A stretch of DNA of 64,000 nucleotides from Escherichia coli (GTDB lineage: Bacteria > Pseudomonadota > Gammaproteobacteria > Enterobacterales > Enterobacteriaceae). Both the position numbers and the translations under genes were made by a program. Location of the stretch: NCBI RefSeq assembly GCF_003334815.1, contig NZ_QOWO01000002.1; one strand, written 5' to 3'. Position 1 is the stretch's first letter; every line of letters begins with the position of its first letter. The notes under the pieces were generated by a model. That model was not told the origin of the DNA and made no database searches. It was given only the letters and a program-made list of their open reading frames with translations. Positions 39,685 through 51,400 of this stretch are shown here, piece after piece.

Positions 39685-42117
39685 TTACAGCATATGTTCA
39701 GTACGGGCGATGATATCGTCCTGAGCGTCTGGAGAGAGCGCGGTGAAGAACGCGGAATAGCCCGCGACACGCACTACCAGATCGCGATACTGATCGGGAT
39801 GTTTTTTCGCATCCAGCAGCGTTTCGCGGGAAACGATGTTGTACTGAATATGCCAGCCTTTATGCACTTCAAAGAAGGTACGCAGCAGGATCATCAGTTT
39901 CTGCTTGTCAGATTCGTTCTCCAGCGTTGCCGGATTCAGTTTCTGGTTGAGCAACACGCCGCCGAGAATCGCTGCCGTAGGCAGTTTACCCACTGAGCCA
40001 ATGACCGCAGTAGGGCCAAGATGGTCAGTACCGGAGGCCGGGCTTGCGCCTTCTGCCAGCGGGGTGTGGGCTTTACGCCCGTCCGGTGTTGCCATAGTCT
40101 GCGCGCCAAACGGTACGTTAGCGGAGATTGATGACGTACCCGCGTAATAGTTGCCGCCAACCGGACCACGACCGTAGCGCGGATTATGGTACTGTTTCAG
40201 TTCGTCGATATAGGTCTGATAAGCGCGAGCCAGCAGCGTATCGACAGTATCATCGTCGTTGCCGTACTTCGGCGCACCGTTAATCAGCCGCTGACGCAGC
40301 TGCTCGTGAGTCAGGCCGTCGAAGTCATCTGCCAGTGCGGCAGCAAGCTGTTGCTGACCAATCGCACCTTGTTCAAACACCAGTTTCTTCACTGCCGCCA
40401 GGCTGTTGCCGAGGTTGGCAATGCCGACCTGCAGGCCAGAAACCCAGTCATATTTCGCGCCGCCTTGCTTGATACTTTTCGCTCGCTCAATACAGTCATC
40501 CACCAGCGCCGAGCAGAGAATATCGTGCACGTTCTCTTCCAGCATGGTGTCGACGACATATTCGATTTCGATTGATTTGCGGGTGTAGTAACGGATTTGC
40601 GTATCCCACGCGTCCATCACTTCATCGAAGTTGTTGAAGTTACCTGCCGACAACGCTTTTTCTTGTGGCAGGAACACTTTGCCGCTGGTGGCATCATGCC
40701 CGCCTTCCAGCGCCGCCAGCATCACGCGGGCGAAGTTGATAAAGCTCATGCCGGTACAGCGATAGCCCCATTTGCCACCGACGGCGGTTTCTATACAACC
40801 AATCGCTGCGTAGTCATAAGCGTCCTGCGGTTCAATACCGAGTTTAATAAATTCCGGGATCACGATTTCGTCGTTGTTGAACGCCGGCATCCCGAAGCCG
40901 CAACGGATCACCTGTACGCAGGCGTCGAGGAAATCGTTGCTCATTCCTGCATGGTAACGCACGCTGAGGTTAGGCTGAGTGGAACGCAGGCGACCGCAGG
41001 ATTCGAGGATCGCGTAAGAGAGTGGATTCACCGCGTCCATTGGTTGACCATCAACCAGATTTTGCCCGCCAATAGTGACGTTCTGATACAGCGGACTTCC
41101 CGCAGAGGCTTTTGAGTGTGAGCCGGAGCGGATCTTGTTCACTTCCAGCAGTTTCAGCCAGCAGCTATGCAGCATCTCGATGGCGTGTTCGCGATCCAGC
41201 GTCTGGTTGAGTTCAACGTCGCGGCGATAGTACGGGTAGAGATACTGGTCCATACGACCAAACGATACTGAGTGACCGTTAGATTCGATCTGCAAAATCA
41301 ACTGGATGAAGTAACACAGTTGCAGCGCCTGCCAGAAAGTCTGCGGCGGCTGGTGGGCGATAAGATCGCAGTTTTCTGCCATCGCCAGCAGTTCATCGCG
41401 ACGGCTTTCGCGGGTTTCGGTCGCGGCCATTTCACGCGCCAGGGCAGCGAAACGTTCAATGTGTTCACTGACTGCCACCAGCACGATATCAATCGCTTTC
41501 AGGAATTGCTCACCGTGTAAATCTTCCAGCACCGTCAGGTTGATGCGCGAGCGACGTTCCGCTACTTTCTCGCGCAGACCATCAAGCCCTTTTTCCAGCA
41601 GCAGCGGGAAATTCACCGCCAGGTGCGCATCGCCGGAGGTCATATTGCCTTCCGCTTTAATGATTCCGGTCGCCAGCAGACCTTTTTGCTCATCGGTAAA
41701 CATGCCGTAGCAGCGATCCTGTACGGTCTGACCGCGCCACCACGGGCACACTTCATGCAGAACGCGTTTGTTCTCTTCGCTCACCGCAAAGCCAGCACCG
41801 GGACGATCTGCCAGATCATCAATCTCTTTTTCGATCCACGAGACAGTATATTCCGGGAAGATCGGCGCGGCGCGAACTTCGCTTGCCTGGTTGCCAATGA
41901 TCAACTCATCGTGTTTGATCCAGATGGTGCGATTCGCCAGGTGATGCGCCAGTGCCAGCGCGCGACGTACCGGGATCGGCTTATCGAGATGTTGTTGATA
42001 CATCTCGGTATAGTGCTGCGCGCGCTCGGTACAGACTGGCGGTTTCACAATATGCACCAGCGCATTTTTGTGCGCTTTAATGCGGTCGCTGAGCGTGTCC
42101 AGTTTCAGTGTGGTCAT
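39685..42117 (-). CDS. ybiW: Glycyl-radical enzyme YbiW (PFL-like; eliminase/dehydratase-type active site)
   Basis: ORF track 810 aa; glycyl radical motif RVAGYSAFF near C-terminus; Cys-x-Glu loop (AAIGCIETA) rather than a PFL-type CC pair. Confidence 0.9.
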   Translation of the reverse strand: MTTLKLDTLSDRIKAHKNALVHIVKPPVCTERAQHYTEMYQQHLDKPIPVRRALALAHHLANRTIWIKHDELIIGNQASEVRAAPIFPEYTVSWIEKEIDDLADRPGAGFAVSEENKRVLHEVCPWWRGQTVQDRCYGMFTDEQKGLLATGIIKAEGNMTSGDAHLAVNFPLLLEKGLDGLREKVAERRSRINLTVLEDLHGEQFLKAIDIVLVAVSEHIERFAALAREMAATETRESRRDELLAMAENCDLIAHQPPQTFWQALQLCYFIQLILQIESNGHSVSFGRMDQYLYPYYRRDVELNQTLDREHAIEMLHSCWLKLLEVNKIRSGSHSKASAGSPLYQNVTIGGQNLVDGQPMDAVNPLSYAILESCGRLRSTQPNLSVRYHAGMSNDFLDACVQVIRCGFGMPAFNNDEIVIPEFIKLGIEPQDAYDYAAIGCIETAVGGKWGYRCTGMSFINFARVMLAALEGGHDATSGKVFLPQEKALSAGNFNNFDEVMDAWDTQIRYYTRKSIEIEYVVDTMLEENVHDILCSALVDDCIERAKSIKQGGAKYDWVSGLQVGIANLGNSLAAVKKLVFEQGAIGQQQLAAALADDFDGLTHEQLRQRLINGAPKYGNDDDTVDTLLARAYQTYIDELKQYHNPRYGRGPVGGNYYAGTSSISANVPFGAQTMATPDGRKAHTPLAEGASPASGTDHLGPTAVIGSVGKLPTAAILGGVLLNQKLNPATLENESDKQKLMILLRTFFEVHKGWHIQYNIVSRETLLDAKKHPDQYRDLVVRVAGYSAFFTALSPDAQDDIIARTEHML

Positions 42118-42122
42118 GGTTG

Positions 42123-43049
42123 TTATCCTCGTAAGGTCGCGGTTAACCCTTTCTGGCAGGCATACTGCTGGGCAAAGTCGAGCAGTTCTGGCGCATCAAG
42201 CGGTTTTTCCGGGGCGTCATAGGGCAGATTAAGTAAGTGATATTTGTTGATGCCCAGCGTGTGGTAGGGCAGAAAATGAATTTCGCCAACGTGCAGCTCG
42301 TCGGCGGCAAAATCGGTAATGGCTTTTACAGAGGTTTCGTCGGCATTAAAGCCCTGAATCAGCGGCACGCGGATAATGATTTTTTTGCCCGCTGCGGCGA
42401 GTTTTTTCAGGTTATCCAGCACTCTGGCGGCGTTACCGTCGGTCCACTGTTTAAACGGCGCGTCGGCAACGTGTTTTAAATCGGCAAGAAACAGATCGAT
42501 ATAGGGCAGAGAAGGGGCGATATATTTCCACGGCACATGCAGACAGGTTTCTACCGCAGTATGAATGCCTGCCTCGTGGCTGGCTTGCAGTAGCGCCATC
42601 GCCATTTCCGGCTGCATAAAGGGCTCACCACCCGAAAGCGTTAAACCGCCGCCGCTGCGATCGTAAAACGGTTTATCGCGCAGAACGGTCGTCATGATCT
42701 CCTCAACGCTTTTCACTTCACCACACACGGTTAATGCCTGTGTCGGACAGCAGTCGGTTAACGCCGTCAGATGCTCCGGGGTTAACTTTTCCCGATGAAT
42801 AAGCAAACCATTCAGCGCGCGCTCAATCACTTCCGGCGCGGCCTTAGCGCACAGCTCGCAGCCTTCCAGACACAGTCGTGCGTCATACAGCAGATCCTGC
42901 GTGCGGGCGCGGCTTTCCGGGTTCTGACACCAGCGGCAGCCCAGCGAACAGCCTTTAAGAAATACGACCGTGCGGATACCGGGGCCATCATGGGTCGAGT
43001 AGCGCTGAATATTGAAAATCATAGTTGCCTCTCTATTTCGTTCAAGCAT
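42123..43049 (-). CDS. ybiY: Glycyl-radical enzyme activase YbiY (radical SAM, with ferredoxin-like insert)
   Basis: ORF track 308 aa; CxxxCxxC (CSLGCRWC) plus extra Cys clusters ([18 protein letters not shown]); 5 nt upstream of ybiW; alternative start at MIFNIQ possible. Confidence 0.85.
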
Positions 43050-43152
43050 TAAAATACTTTCGAATGAAAGTTAGATTGATGTGCGTCAACTGTTCAGAGA
43101 GTTTTCCCGTGATAGTCTACATTCAGACAAAAAGTACATTTTGAGGATGGTT

Positions 43153-43815
43153 ATGGAACTGTATCTGGATACTTCAGACGTTGTTGCGGTGAAGGCGCTG
43201 TCACGTATTTTTCCGCTGGCGGGTGTGACCACTAACCCAAGCATTATCGCCGCGGGTAAAAAACCGCTGGATGTTGTGCTTCCGCAACTTCATGAAGCGA
43301 TGGGCGGTCAGGGGCGTCTGTTTGCCCAGGTAATGGCTACCACTGCCGAAGGGATGGTTAATGACGCGCTTAAGCTGCGTTCTATTATTGCGGATATCGT
43401 GGTGAAAGTTCCGGTGACCGCCGAGGGGCTGGCAGCTATTAAGATGTTAAAAGCGGAAGGGATTCCGACGCTGGGAACCGCGGTATATGGCGCAGCACAA
43501 GGGCTGCTGTCGGCGCTGGCAGGTGCGGAATATGTTGCGCCTTACGTTAATCGTATTGATGCTCAGGGCGGTAGCGGCATTCAGACTGTGACCGACTTAC
43601 ACCAGTTATTGAAAATGCATGCGCCGCAGGCGAAAGTGCTGGCAGCGAGTTTCAAAACCCCGCGTCAGGCGCTGGACTGCTTACTGGCAGGATGTGAATC
43701 AATTACTCTGCCACTGGATGTGGCACAACAGATGATTAGCTATCCGGCGGTTGATGCCGCTGTGGCGAAGTTTGAGCAGGACTGGCAGGGAGCGTTTGGC
43801 AGAACGTCGATTTAA
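43153..43815 (+). CDS. fsaA: Fructose-6-phosphate aldolase 1
   Basis: ORF track 244 aa; start trimmed to [10 protein letters not shown] (220 aa); transaldolase-like fold. Confidence 0.9.
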   Translation: MELYLDTSDVVAVKALSRIFPLAGVTTNPSIIAAGKKPLDVVLPQLHEAMGGQGRLFAQVMATTAEGMVNDALKLRSIIADIVVKVPVTAEGLAAIKMLKAEGIPTLGTAVYGAAQGLLSALAGAEYVAPYVNRIDAQGGSGIQTVTDLHQLLKMHAPQAKVLAASFKTPRQALDCLLAGCESITLPLDVAQQMISYPAVDAAVAKFEQDWQGAFGRTSI

Positions 43816-43890
43816 CCGGACGTTCTGCATCCTCATAAATTGCTGATGACGTGGCGGAGTGCCGCGTCTTATCAGGCCTGGAGGTGGCAA

Positions 43891-44640
43891 TTACTGCCCA
43901 CACACCTCACACCCCGGATTACGCATCAGTTTCATTTCGCGAAACTGACAGGTCATCGCATCGTACATGACGATTTTCCCGCTGGCCGGTTTGCCATAAC
44001 CTGCCAGCATTTTGATCGCTTCCATTGCCTGCAACGAACCAATTACGCCGATCAACGGTGCCATTACGCCTGCTTCCACGCAGGTTAATGCATTTTCACC
44101 AAACAAACGGCTAAGGCAGCGATAGCACGGTTCACCGTCCTGATAAGTAAAGACGGTGATTTGACCTTCCATACGAATTGCCGCGCCGGAAACCAGCGGT
44201 ACCTTCGCGGCAAAACAGCCTGCGTTCAGTTGATTACGTACCGCAACGTTATCCGTACAGTCGAGCACCAGATCGTGTTCAGCAATCAATGCTGCAAGTT
44301 CTGCGTCATCCAGCAGTGCATTGACTGGCGTAATCGCGATATGTGGGTTGATCCGCGTCAGGGCGTCACGGGCGGATTCCACCTTCGGTTGCCCGACCGT
44401 GGCATCACTGTGCAGTGTCTGGCGTTGCAGATTCGAGAGCGAAACCGTGTCGAAGTCGAGCAGCGTCAGGTTACCGACACCGGCGCTTGCCAGATACTGC
44501 GAGGCTGCACAGCCGAGGCCGCCCAGGCCCACTATCAGCACGCGAGAATCTTTCAGCGCCTCCTGGCCGTCAAAATCAAAGCCGCGCAGAATGATTTGCC
44601 GGTTGTAGCGCAGCATCTCCTGATCGCTGAGTTCCGCCAT
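43891..44640 (-). CDS. moeB: Molybdopterin-synthase adenylyltransferase MoeB
   Basis: ORF track 249 aa; ThiF/MoeB Gly-rich loop (GLGGLGCAAS), CxxC pairs. Confidence 0.95.
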   Translation of the reverse strand: MAELSDQEMLRYNRQIILRGFDFDGQEALKDSRVLIVGLGGLGCAASQYLASAGVGNLTLLDFDTVSLSNLQRQTLHSDATVGQPKVESARDALTRINPHIAITPVNALLDDAELAALIAEHDLVLDCTDNVAVRNQLNAGCFAAKVPLVSGAAIRMEGQITVFTYQDGEPCYRCLSRLFGENALTCVEAGVMAPLIGVIGSLQAMEAIKMLAGYGKPASGKIVMYDAMTCQFREMKLMRNPGCEVCGQ

Positions 44641-45875
44641 TACAGGCCTCCGAACAACGCGTTAAACGGTTCTACTTCCACCCATTCGCCCACTTCCACA
44701 TTGCCGCGATCGCGTTCCAGCACGATAAAGCAGTTGCCGAGGCTAAAGGAGCTAAATATATGTGAACCCTGATGTCCGGTGGTCGTCACTTCCAGTTCGC
44801 CATCGGCGTTGCGTTGCAGCACGCCGCGCTGGAAATCAAGACGTCCTGGCGTTTTTTTCAGGCGGGACGCTGTGCGTACGCGCTGGCGCGCGGGCAGGCC
44901 GCTGGCGGTGTTACCGCTTAGTTTTGCCAGCAAAGGCTGTACCAGTTGATAGAAGGTCAGCGTCGCTGAAACCGGGTTGCCCGGCAGGCCGCAGAACCAG
45001 CTATTGCTGAGTTTACCGAACGCGAACGGTTTACCTGGTTTAATCGCCAGCTTCCAGAAGGCGATCTCCCCCAGCTCTTCAAGAATCGTTTTGGTGTAAT
45101 CCGCCTCACCCACTGAAACACCGCCGGAACTGATCACCACATCCGCCTGGCTGTCGGCTTCAATAAATGCGGCGCGCAGGGCATGGGGATCGTCGCGGAT
45201 AATCCCTAAGTTAATTACCTCGCATCCCAACTGTTCTAACATCAGGTGTACGGCGAGACGGTTGGTATCGTAGATTTGGCCGTCGCCCAGCGGCTGACCG
45301 GGCAACTGGAGTTCATCACCGGTAGAAAAAAGCGCTACACGCACTTTACGAATCACCGGAACTTCGGCAATCCCCAGTGAAGCAATTACTGGCAGCTCTG
45401 CGGTAGTCAGGCGAGTTCCCGCCGGGAAAACAACCGCACCTGCAGAGATATCTTCACCGCGACGGCGAATATTTTGCCCGCTACGCACTTCAGCAGTAAA
45501 ACGCACGCCATTGTCCATTTGTTCAGTCTGCTCCTGCATCACCACCGCTTCGCAGCCTTCCGGCACCGGCGCACCGGTCATAATACGAATGCAGGTACCC
45601 GCAGGCCATTCACCATGGTATGGCTGACCGGCAAAGGATTTACCGGCAACGGGCAGCGGTTGCCCGGAGGCAATATCGGCTAAACGCACCGCGTAGCCGT
45701 CCATTGCGGAGTTATCAAACCCCGGAACATCAAGCGGCGAAACGACATCGCTCGCCAGAATACGACCAAAACACTGTACCAGTGGCAGCGTTTCCTGGGC
45801 GGTCAGTGGGGTGACGCGAGAAAGCATCTCATTAAGCGCGGTGTCGAGCGACATCAATCCGGTGGTAAATTCCAT
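44640..45875 (-). CDS. moeA: Molybdopterin molybdenumtransferase MoeA
   Basis: ORF track 411 aa; overlaps moeB start. Confidence 0.95.
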   Translation of the reverse strand: MEFTTGLMSLDTALNEMLSRVTPLTAQETLPLVQCFGRILASDVVSPLDVPGFDNSAMDGYAVRLADIASGQPLPVAGKSFAGQPYHGEWPAGTCIRIMTGAPVPEGCEAVVMQEQTEQMDNGVRFTAEVRSGQNIRRRGEDISAGAVVFPAGTRLTTAELPVIASLGIAEVPVIRKVRVALFSTGDELQLPGQPLGDGQIYDTNRLAVHLMLEQLGCEVINLGIIRDDPHALRAAFIEADSQADVVISSGGVSVGEADYTKTILEELGEIAFWKLAIKPGKPFAFGKLSNSWFCGLPGNPVSATLTFYQLVQPLLAKLSGNTASGLPARQRVRTASRLKKTPGRLDFQRGVLQRNADGELEVTTTGHQGSHIFSSFSLGNCFIVLERDRGNVEVGEWVEVEPFNALFGGL

Positions 45876-46078
45876 GAAAACACTCCTGCGGAGGCAAAAT
45901 CGAATTTGCCTATTATGTCAGAAAAACGCCACAGACTGTATGCCACCTCGGGCGTAGCGCTGGGTCCTGCCTTTACATGCCATATCCATCTTTCTATATT
46001 CAAAAATTGAATGAGTAATTCATAAAAATTCTGATATTTATAGCAAAAGTGGCGAACCACCCTTAATGGACGAATACT

Positions 46079-47044
46079 ATGGGCAAAGCAGTCATTGCAA
46101 TTCATGGTGGCGCAGGTGCAATTAGCCGCGCGCAGATGAGTCTGCAACAGGAATTACGCTACATCGAGGCGTTGTCTGCCATTGTTGAAACCGGGCAGAA
46201 AATGCTGGAAGCGGGCGAAAGTGCGCTGGATGTGGTGACGGAAGCGGTGCGTCTGCTGGAAGAGTGTCCACTGTTTAACGCCGGAATTGGCGCTGTCTTT
46301 ACGCGTGATGAAACCCATGAACTGGACGCCTGTGTGATGGATGGTAACACCCTGAAAGCCGGTGCGGTGGCGGGCGTTAGTCATCTGCGTAATCCGGTTC
46401 TTGCCGCCCGGCTGGTGATGGAGCAAAGCCCGCATGTGATGATGATTGGCGAAGGGGCAGAAAATTTTGCGTTTGCTCGTGGCATGGAGCGCGTCTCGCC
46501 GGAGATTTTCTCCACGCCTTTGCGTTATGAACAACTACTGGCAGCGCGCAAGGAAGGGGCAACCGTCCTCGACCATAGCGGTGCGCCACTGGATGAAAAA
46601 CAGAAAATGGGCACCGTGGGGGCCGTGGCGTTGGATTTAGACGGCAATTTGGCGGCAGCCACGTCCACAGGCGGAATGACCAATAAATTACCCGGACGAG
46701 TTGGCGATAGTCCCTTAGTGGGTGCCGGATGCTACGCCAATAACGCCAGTGTGGCGGTTTCTTGTACCGGCACGGGCGAAGTCTTCATCCGCGCGCTGGC
46801 GGCATATGACATCGCCGCGTTAATGGATTACGGCGGATTAAGTCTCGCGGAAGCCTGCGAGCGGGTAGTAATGGAAAAACTCCCTGCGCTTGGCGGTAGC
46901 GGTGGCTTAATCGCTATCGACCATGAAGGGAATGTCGCGCTACCGTTTAACACCGAAGGAATGTATCGCGCCTGGGGCTACGCAGGCGATACGCCAACCA
47001 CCGGTATCTACCGTGAAAAAGGGGACACCGTTGCCACACAGTGA
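46079..47044 (+). CDS. iaaA: Isoaspartyl dipeptidase / L-asparaginase (Ntn hydrolase) IaaA
   Basis: ORF track 321 aa; autoprocessing-site region (GTVGAVALD). Confidence 0.9.
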   Translation: MGKAVIAIHGGAGAISRAQMSLQQELRYIEALSAIVETGQKMLEAGESALDVVTEAVRLLEECPLFNAGIGAVFTRDETHELDACVMDGNTLKAGAVAGVSHLRNPVLAARLVMEQSPHVMMIGEGAENFAFARGMERVSPEIFSTPLRYEQLLAARKEGATVLDHSGAPLDEKQKMGTVGAVALDLDGNLAAATSTGGMTNKLPGRVGDSPLVGAGCYANNASVAVSCTGTGEVFIRALAAYDIAALMDYGGLSLAEACERVVMEKLPALGGSGGLIAIDHEGNVALPFNTEGMYRAWGYAGDTPTTGIYREKGDTVATQ

Positions 47045-48902
47045 TGAACTTGATGCCGGTAATGTGCTGGCGGTTGAAAATCTGAATATTGCCTTTATGC
47101 AGGACCAGCAGAAAATAGCTGCGGTCCGCAATCTCTCTTTTAGTCTGCAACGCGGTGAGACGCTGGCAATTGTTGGCGAATCCGGCTCCGGTAAGTCAGT
47201 GACTGCGTTGGCATTGATGCGCCTGTTGGAACAGGCGGGCGGTTTAGTACAGTGCGATAAAATGCTGTTGCAGCGGCGCAGTCGCGAAGTGATTGAACTT
47301 AGCGAGCAGAACGCTGCACAAATGCGCCATGTTCGCGGTGCGGATATGGCGATGATATTTCAGGAGCCGATGACATCGCTGAACCCGGTATTTACTGTGG
47401 GTGAACAGATTGCCGAATCAATTCGTCTGCATCAGAACGCCAGTCGTGAAGAAGCGATGGTCGAGGCGAAGCGGATGCTGGATCAGGTACGCATTCCTGA
47501 GGCACAAACCATTCTTTCACGTTATCCGCATCAACTCTCTGGCGGGATGCGCCAGCGAGTGATGATTGCGATGGCGCTGTCATGCCGCCCGGCGGTGCTG
47601 ATTGCCGATGAGCCAACCACCGCGCTGGATGTCACTATTCAGGCGCAGATCCTGCAATTAATCAAAGTATTGCAAAAAGAGATGTCGATGGGCGTTATCT
47701 TTATCACTCACGATATGGGCGTGGTGGCAGAGATTGCCGATCGGGTACTGGTGATGTATCAGGGCGAGGCGGTGGAAACGGGTACCGTCGAACAGATTTT
47801 TCATGCACCGCAACATCCTTACACCCGTGCGCTGTTAGCTGCTGTTCCGCAACTTGGTGCGATGAAAGGGTTAGATTATCCCCGACGTTTCCCGTTGATA
47901 TCGCTTGAACATCCAGCGAAACAGGCCCCCCCCATCGAGCAGAAAACGGTGGTGGATGGCGAACCTGTTTTACGAGTGCGTAATCTTGTCACCCGTTTCC
48001 CTTTGCGCAGCGGTTTGTTGAATCGCGTAACGCGGGAAGTGCATGCCGTTGAGAAAGTCAGTTTTGATCTCTGGTCTGGCGAAACGCTATCGCTGGTGGG
48101 CGAGTCTGGCAGCGGTAAATCCACTACCGGGCGGGCGTTGCTGCGCCTGGTCGAATCGCAGGGCGGCGAAATTATCTTTAACGGTCAGCGAATCGATACC
48201 TTGTCACCCGGCAAACTTCAGGCATTACGCCGGGATATTCAGTTTATTTTTCAGGACCCTTACGCTTCGCTGGACCCACGTCAGACCATCGGTGATTCGA
48301 TTATCGAACCGCTGCGTGTACACGGTTTATTGCCAGGTAAAGACGCGGCTGCACGCGTTGCGTGGTTGCTGGAGCGCGTGGGCCTGTTACCTGAACATGC
48401 CTGGCGTTACCCGCATGAGTTTTCCGGCGGTCAGCGCCAGCGCATCTGCATTGCTCGCGCGTTGGCATTGAATCCAAAAGTGATCATTGCCGACGAAGCC
48501 GTTTCGGCGCTGGATGTTTCTATTCGCGGGCAGATTATCAACTTGTTGCTCGATCTCCAGCGTGATTTCGGCATTGCGTATCTGTTTATCTCCCACGATA
48601 TGGCGGTGGTAGAGCGGATTAGTCATCGTGTGGCGGTGATGTATCTCGGGCAAATTGTTGAAATTGGTCCACGGCGCGCGGTCTTCGAAAACCCGCAGCA
48701 TCCTTATACGCGTAAATTACTGGCGGCAGTTCCGGTCGCTGAACCGTCCCGACAACGACCGCAGCGTGTACTGCTGTCGGACGATCTTCCCAGCAATATT
48801 CATCTGCGTGGCGAAGAGGTGGCAGCCGTCTCGTTGCAATGCGTCGGGCCGGGGCATTACGTCGCACAACCACAATCAGAATACGCATTCATGCGTAGAT
48901 AA
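47031..48902 (+). CDS. gsiA: Glutathione ABC importer ATPase GsiA (two fused NBDs)
   Basis: ORF track 659 aa from 46923; start trimmed to TTG at 47031 (protein ...[10 protein letters not shown], 623 aa by recollection); Walker A GESGSGKS twice. Confidence 0.8.
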   Translation: MPHSDELDAGNVLAVENLNIAFMQDQQKIAAVRNLSFSLQRGETLAIVGESGSGKSVTALALMRLLEQAGGLVQCDKMLLQRRSREVIELSEQNAAQMRHVRGADMAMIFQEPMTSLNPVFTVGEQIAESIRLHQNASREEAMVEAKRMLDQVRIPEAQTILSRYPHQLSGGMRQRVMIAMALSCRPAVLIADEPTTALDVTIQAQILQLIKVLQKEMSMGVIFITHDMGVVAEIADRVLVMYQGEAVETGTVEQIFHAPQHPYTRALLAAVPQLGAMKGLDYPRRFPLISLEHPAKQAPPIEQKTVVDGEPVLRVRNLVTRFPLRSGLLNRVTREVHAVEKVSFDLWSGETLSLVGESGSGKSTTGRALLRLVESQGGEIIFNGQRIDTLSPGKLQALRRDIQFIFQDPYASLDPRQTIGDSIIEPLRVHGLLPGKDAAARVAWLLERVGLLPEHAWRYPHEFSGGQRQRICIARALALNPKVIIADEAVSALDVSIRGQIINLLLDLQRDFGIAYLFISHDMAVVERISHRVAVMYLGQIVEIGPRRAVFENPQHPYTRKLLAAVPVAEPSRQRPQRVLLSDDLPSNIHLRGEEVAAVSLQCVGPGHYVAQPQSEYAFMRR

Positions 48903-48921
48903 CATTCAGGCGGAGAATAAA

Positions 48922-50460
48922 ATGGCAAGAGCTGTACACCGTAGTGGGTTAGTGGCGCTGGGCATTGCGACAGCGTTGATGGCATCTTGTGCATTCGCTG
49001 CCAAAGATGTGGTGGTGGCGGTAGGATCGAATTTCACCACGCTCGATCCGTATGACGCAAATGACACGTTATCTCAGGCCGTAGCGAAATCGTTTTACCA
49101 GGGGCTGTTCGGTCTGGATAAAGAGATGAAACTGAAAAACGTGCTGGCGGAGAGTTATACCGTTTCCGATGACGGCATTACTTACACCGTGAAATTGCGG
49201 GAAGGCATTAAATTCCAGGATGGCACCGATTTCAACGCCGCGGCGGTGAAAGCGAATCTGGACCGGGCCAGCGATCCGGCGAATCATCTTAAACGCTATA
49301 ACCTGTATAAGAATATTGCTAAAACGGAAGCGATCGATCCGACAACGGTAAAGATTACCCTCAAACAGCCGTTCTCAGCGTTTATTAATATTCTTGCCCA
49401 TCCGGCGACCGCGATGATTTCACCGGCAGCGCTGGAAAAATATGGCAAGGAGATTGGTTTTTATCCGGTGGGAACCGGACCGTATGAACTGGATACCTGG
49501 AATCAGACCGATTTTGTGAAGGTGAAAAAATTCGCGGGTTACTGGCAGCCAGGATTGCCCAAACTGGACAGCATAACCTGGCGTCCGGTGGCGGATAACA
49601 ACACCCGCGCGGCAATGCTGCAAACCGGTGAAGCGCAGTTTGCTTTCCCCATTCCTTACGAGCAGGCCACACTGCTGGAGAAAAACAAAAATATCGAGTT
49701 GATGGCCAGTCCGTCAATTATGCAGCGTTATATCAGTATGAACGTGACGCAAAAGCCGTTCGATAACCCGAAGGTCCGTGAGGCGCTGAATTACGCCATT
49801 AACCGTCCGGCGCTGGTGAAAGTTGCCTTTGCGGGCTATGCAACGCCAGCTACTGGTGTGGTACCGCCAAGTATCGCCTACGCGCAAAGTTATAAACCGT
49901 GGCCTTACGATCCAGTGAAAGCGCGCGAATTACTGAAAGAGGCGGGATATCCCAACGGTTTCAGTACCACGCTGTGGTCGTCACATAACCACAGCACCGC
50001 GCAGAAAGTGCTGCAATTTACCCAGCAGCAGTTAGCGCAGGTCGGGATTAAAGCCCAGGTGACTGCGATGGATGCCGGACAGCGGGCGGCAGAAGTTGAA
50101 GGTAAAGGGCAAAAAGAGAGCGGCGTGCGGATGTTCTACACTGGCTGGTCGGCTTCAACCGGCGAAGCGGACTGGGCACTATCGCCGCTGTTTGCCTCGC
50201 AGAACTGGCCACCGACGCTGTTTAATACCGCGTTTTACAGCAATAAACAGGTGGATGACTTCCTGGCTCAGGCACTGAAAACTAATGATCCGGCGGAAAA
50301 GACCCGCTTATATAAGGCGGCGCAGGATATCATCTGGCAAGAATCGCCGTGGATCCCGCTGGTGGTAGAAAAACTGGTGTCGGCACACAGTAAAAACCTG
50401 ACCGGTTTTTGGATCATGCCAGACACCGGCTTCAGCTTTGAAGACTCGGATTTGCAATAA
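48922..50460 (+). CDS. gsiB: Glutathione-binding periplasmic protein GsiB (SBP family 5)
   Basis: ORF track 601 aa; start trimmed to [10 protein letters not shown] (512 aa, signal peptide). Confidence 0.9.
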   Translation: MARAVHRSGLVALGIATALMASCAFAAKDVVVAVGSNFTTLDPYDANDTLSQAVAKSFYQGLFGLDKEMKLKNVLAESYTVSDDGITYTVKLREGIKFQDGTDFNAAAVKANLDRASDPANHLKRYNLYKNIAKTEAIDPTTVKITLKQPFSAFINILAHPATAMISPAALEKYGKEIGFYPVGTGPYELDTWNQTDFVKVKKFAGYWQPGLPKLDSITWRPVADNNTRAAMLQTGEAQFAFPIPYEQATLLEKNKNIELMASPSIMQRYISMNVTQKPFDNPKVREALNYAINRPALVKVAFAGYATPATGVVPPSIAYAQSYKPWPYDPVKARELLKEAGYPNGFSTTLWSSHNHSTAQKVLQFTQQQLAQVGIKAQVTAMDAGQRAAEVEGKGQKESGVRMFYTGWSASTGEADWALSPLFASQNWPPTLFNTAFYSNKQVDDFLAQALKTNDPAEKTRLYKAAQDIIWQESPWIPLVVEKLVSAHSKNLTGFWIMPDTGFSFEDSDLQ

Positions 50461-50477
50461 GCAACGCAGGGAGTGGA

Positions 50478-51398
50478 ATGCTTAATTACGTTATCAAACG
50501 CTTACTGGGGTTGATTCCGACGCTGTTTATCGTCTCGGTGCTGGTGTTTTTATTTGTCCATATGCTGCCCGGCGATCCGGCGCGATTGATTGCCGGGCCC
50601 GAAGCTGATGCGCAGGTTATAGAACTGGTGCGTCAGCAGCTGGGGTTGGATCAGCCGCTGTATCACCAGTTCTGGCACTATATCAGCAATGCTGTGCAGG
50701 GGGATTTTGGCCTGTCGATGGTGTCGCGTCGTCCGGTTGCCGATGAGATTGCCAGCCGCTTTATGCCAACGCTGTGGCTGACCATAACCAGTATGGTCTG
50801 GGCGGTTATATTTGGTATGGCGGCGGGAATTATCGCCGCCGTCTGGCGTAACCGTTGGCCGGATCGATTGAGTATGACCATTGCGGTGTCGGGGATCTCG
50901 TTTCCGGCATTTGCTCTGGGGATGCTTTTAATTCAGGTATTCTCCGTTGAACTGGGCTGGCTGCCTACCGTGGGAGCAGACAGTTGGCAGCACTACATTT
51001 TACCCTCCCTGACGCTCGGCGCGGCAGTGGCCGCCGTGATGGCGCGCTTTACCCGCGCGTCGTTTGTCGATGTTTTAAGCGAAGATTATATGCGTACCGC
51101 GAGGGCGAAAGGGGTGAGCGAAACCTGGGTTGTCCTCAAACACGGGCTACGTAACGCGATGATCCCGGTAGTGACCATGATGGGCTTACAGTTTGGCTTT
51201 TTGCTCGGTGGTTCCATCGTTGTGGAGAAAGTTTTCAACTGGCCGGGACTTGGACGCTTACTCGTTGACTCCGTAGAAATGCGTGATTACCCGGTGATTC
51301 AGGCGGAAATTCTGCTTTTCTCGCTGGAATTTATTCTTATCAACTTAGTGGTGGATGTGCTTTACGCCGCCATTAACCCGGCTATCAGGTACAAGTAA
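50478..51398 (+). CDS. gsiC: Glutathione ABC importer permease GsiC
   Basis: ORF track 306 aa. Confidence 0.9.
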
Positions 51399-51400
51399 GG

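Noticed and set aside
48655-48921. 89-codon N-terminal extension of gsiB overlapping the gsiA 3' end
   Set aside because: The mature protein begins with a signal peptide at [10 protein letters not shown]; the extension is an out-of-frame read of gsiA.
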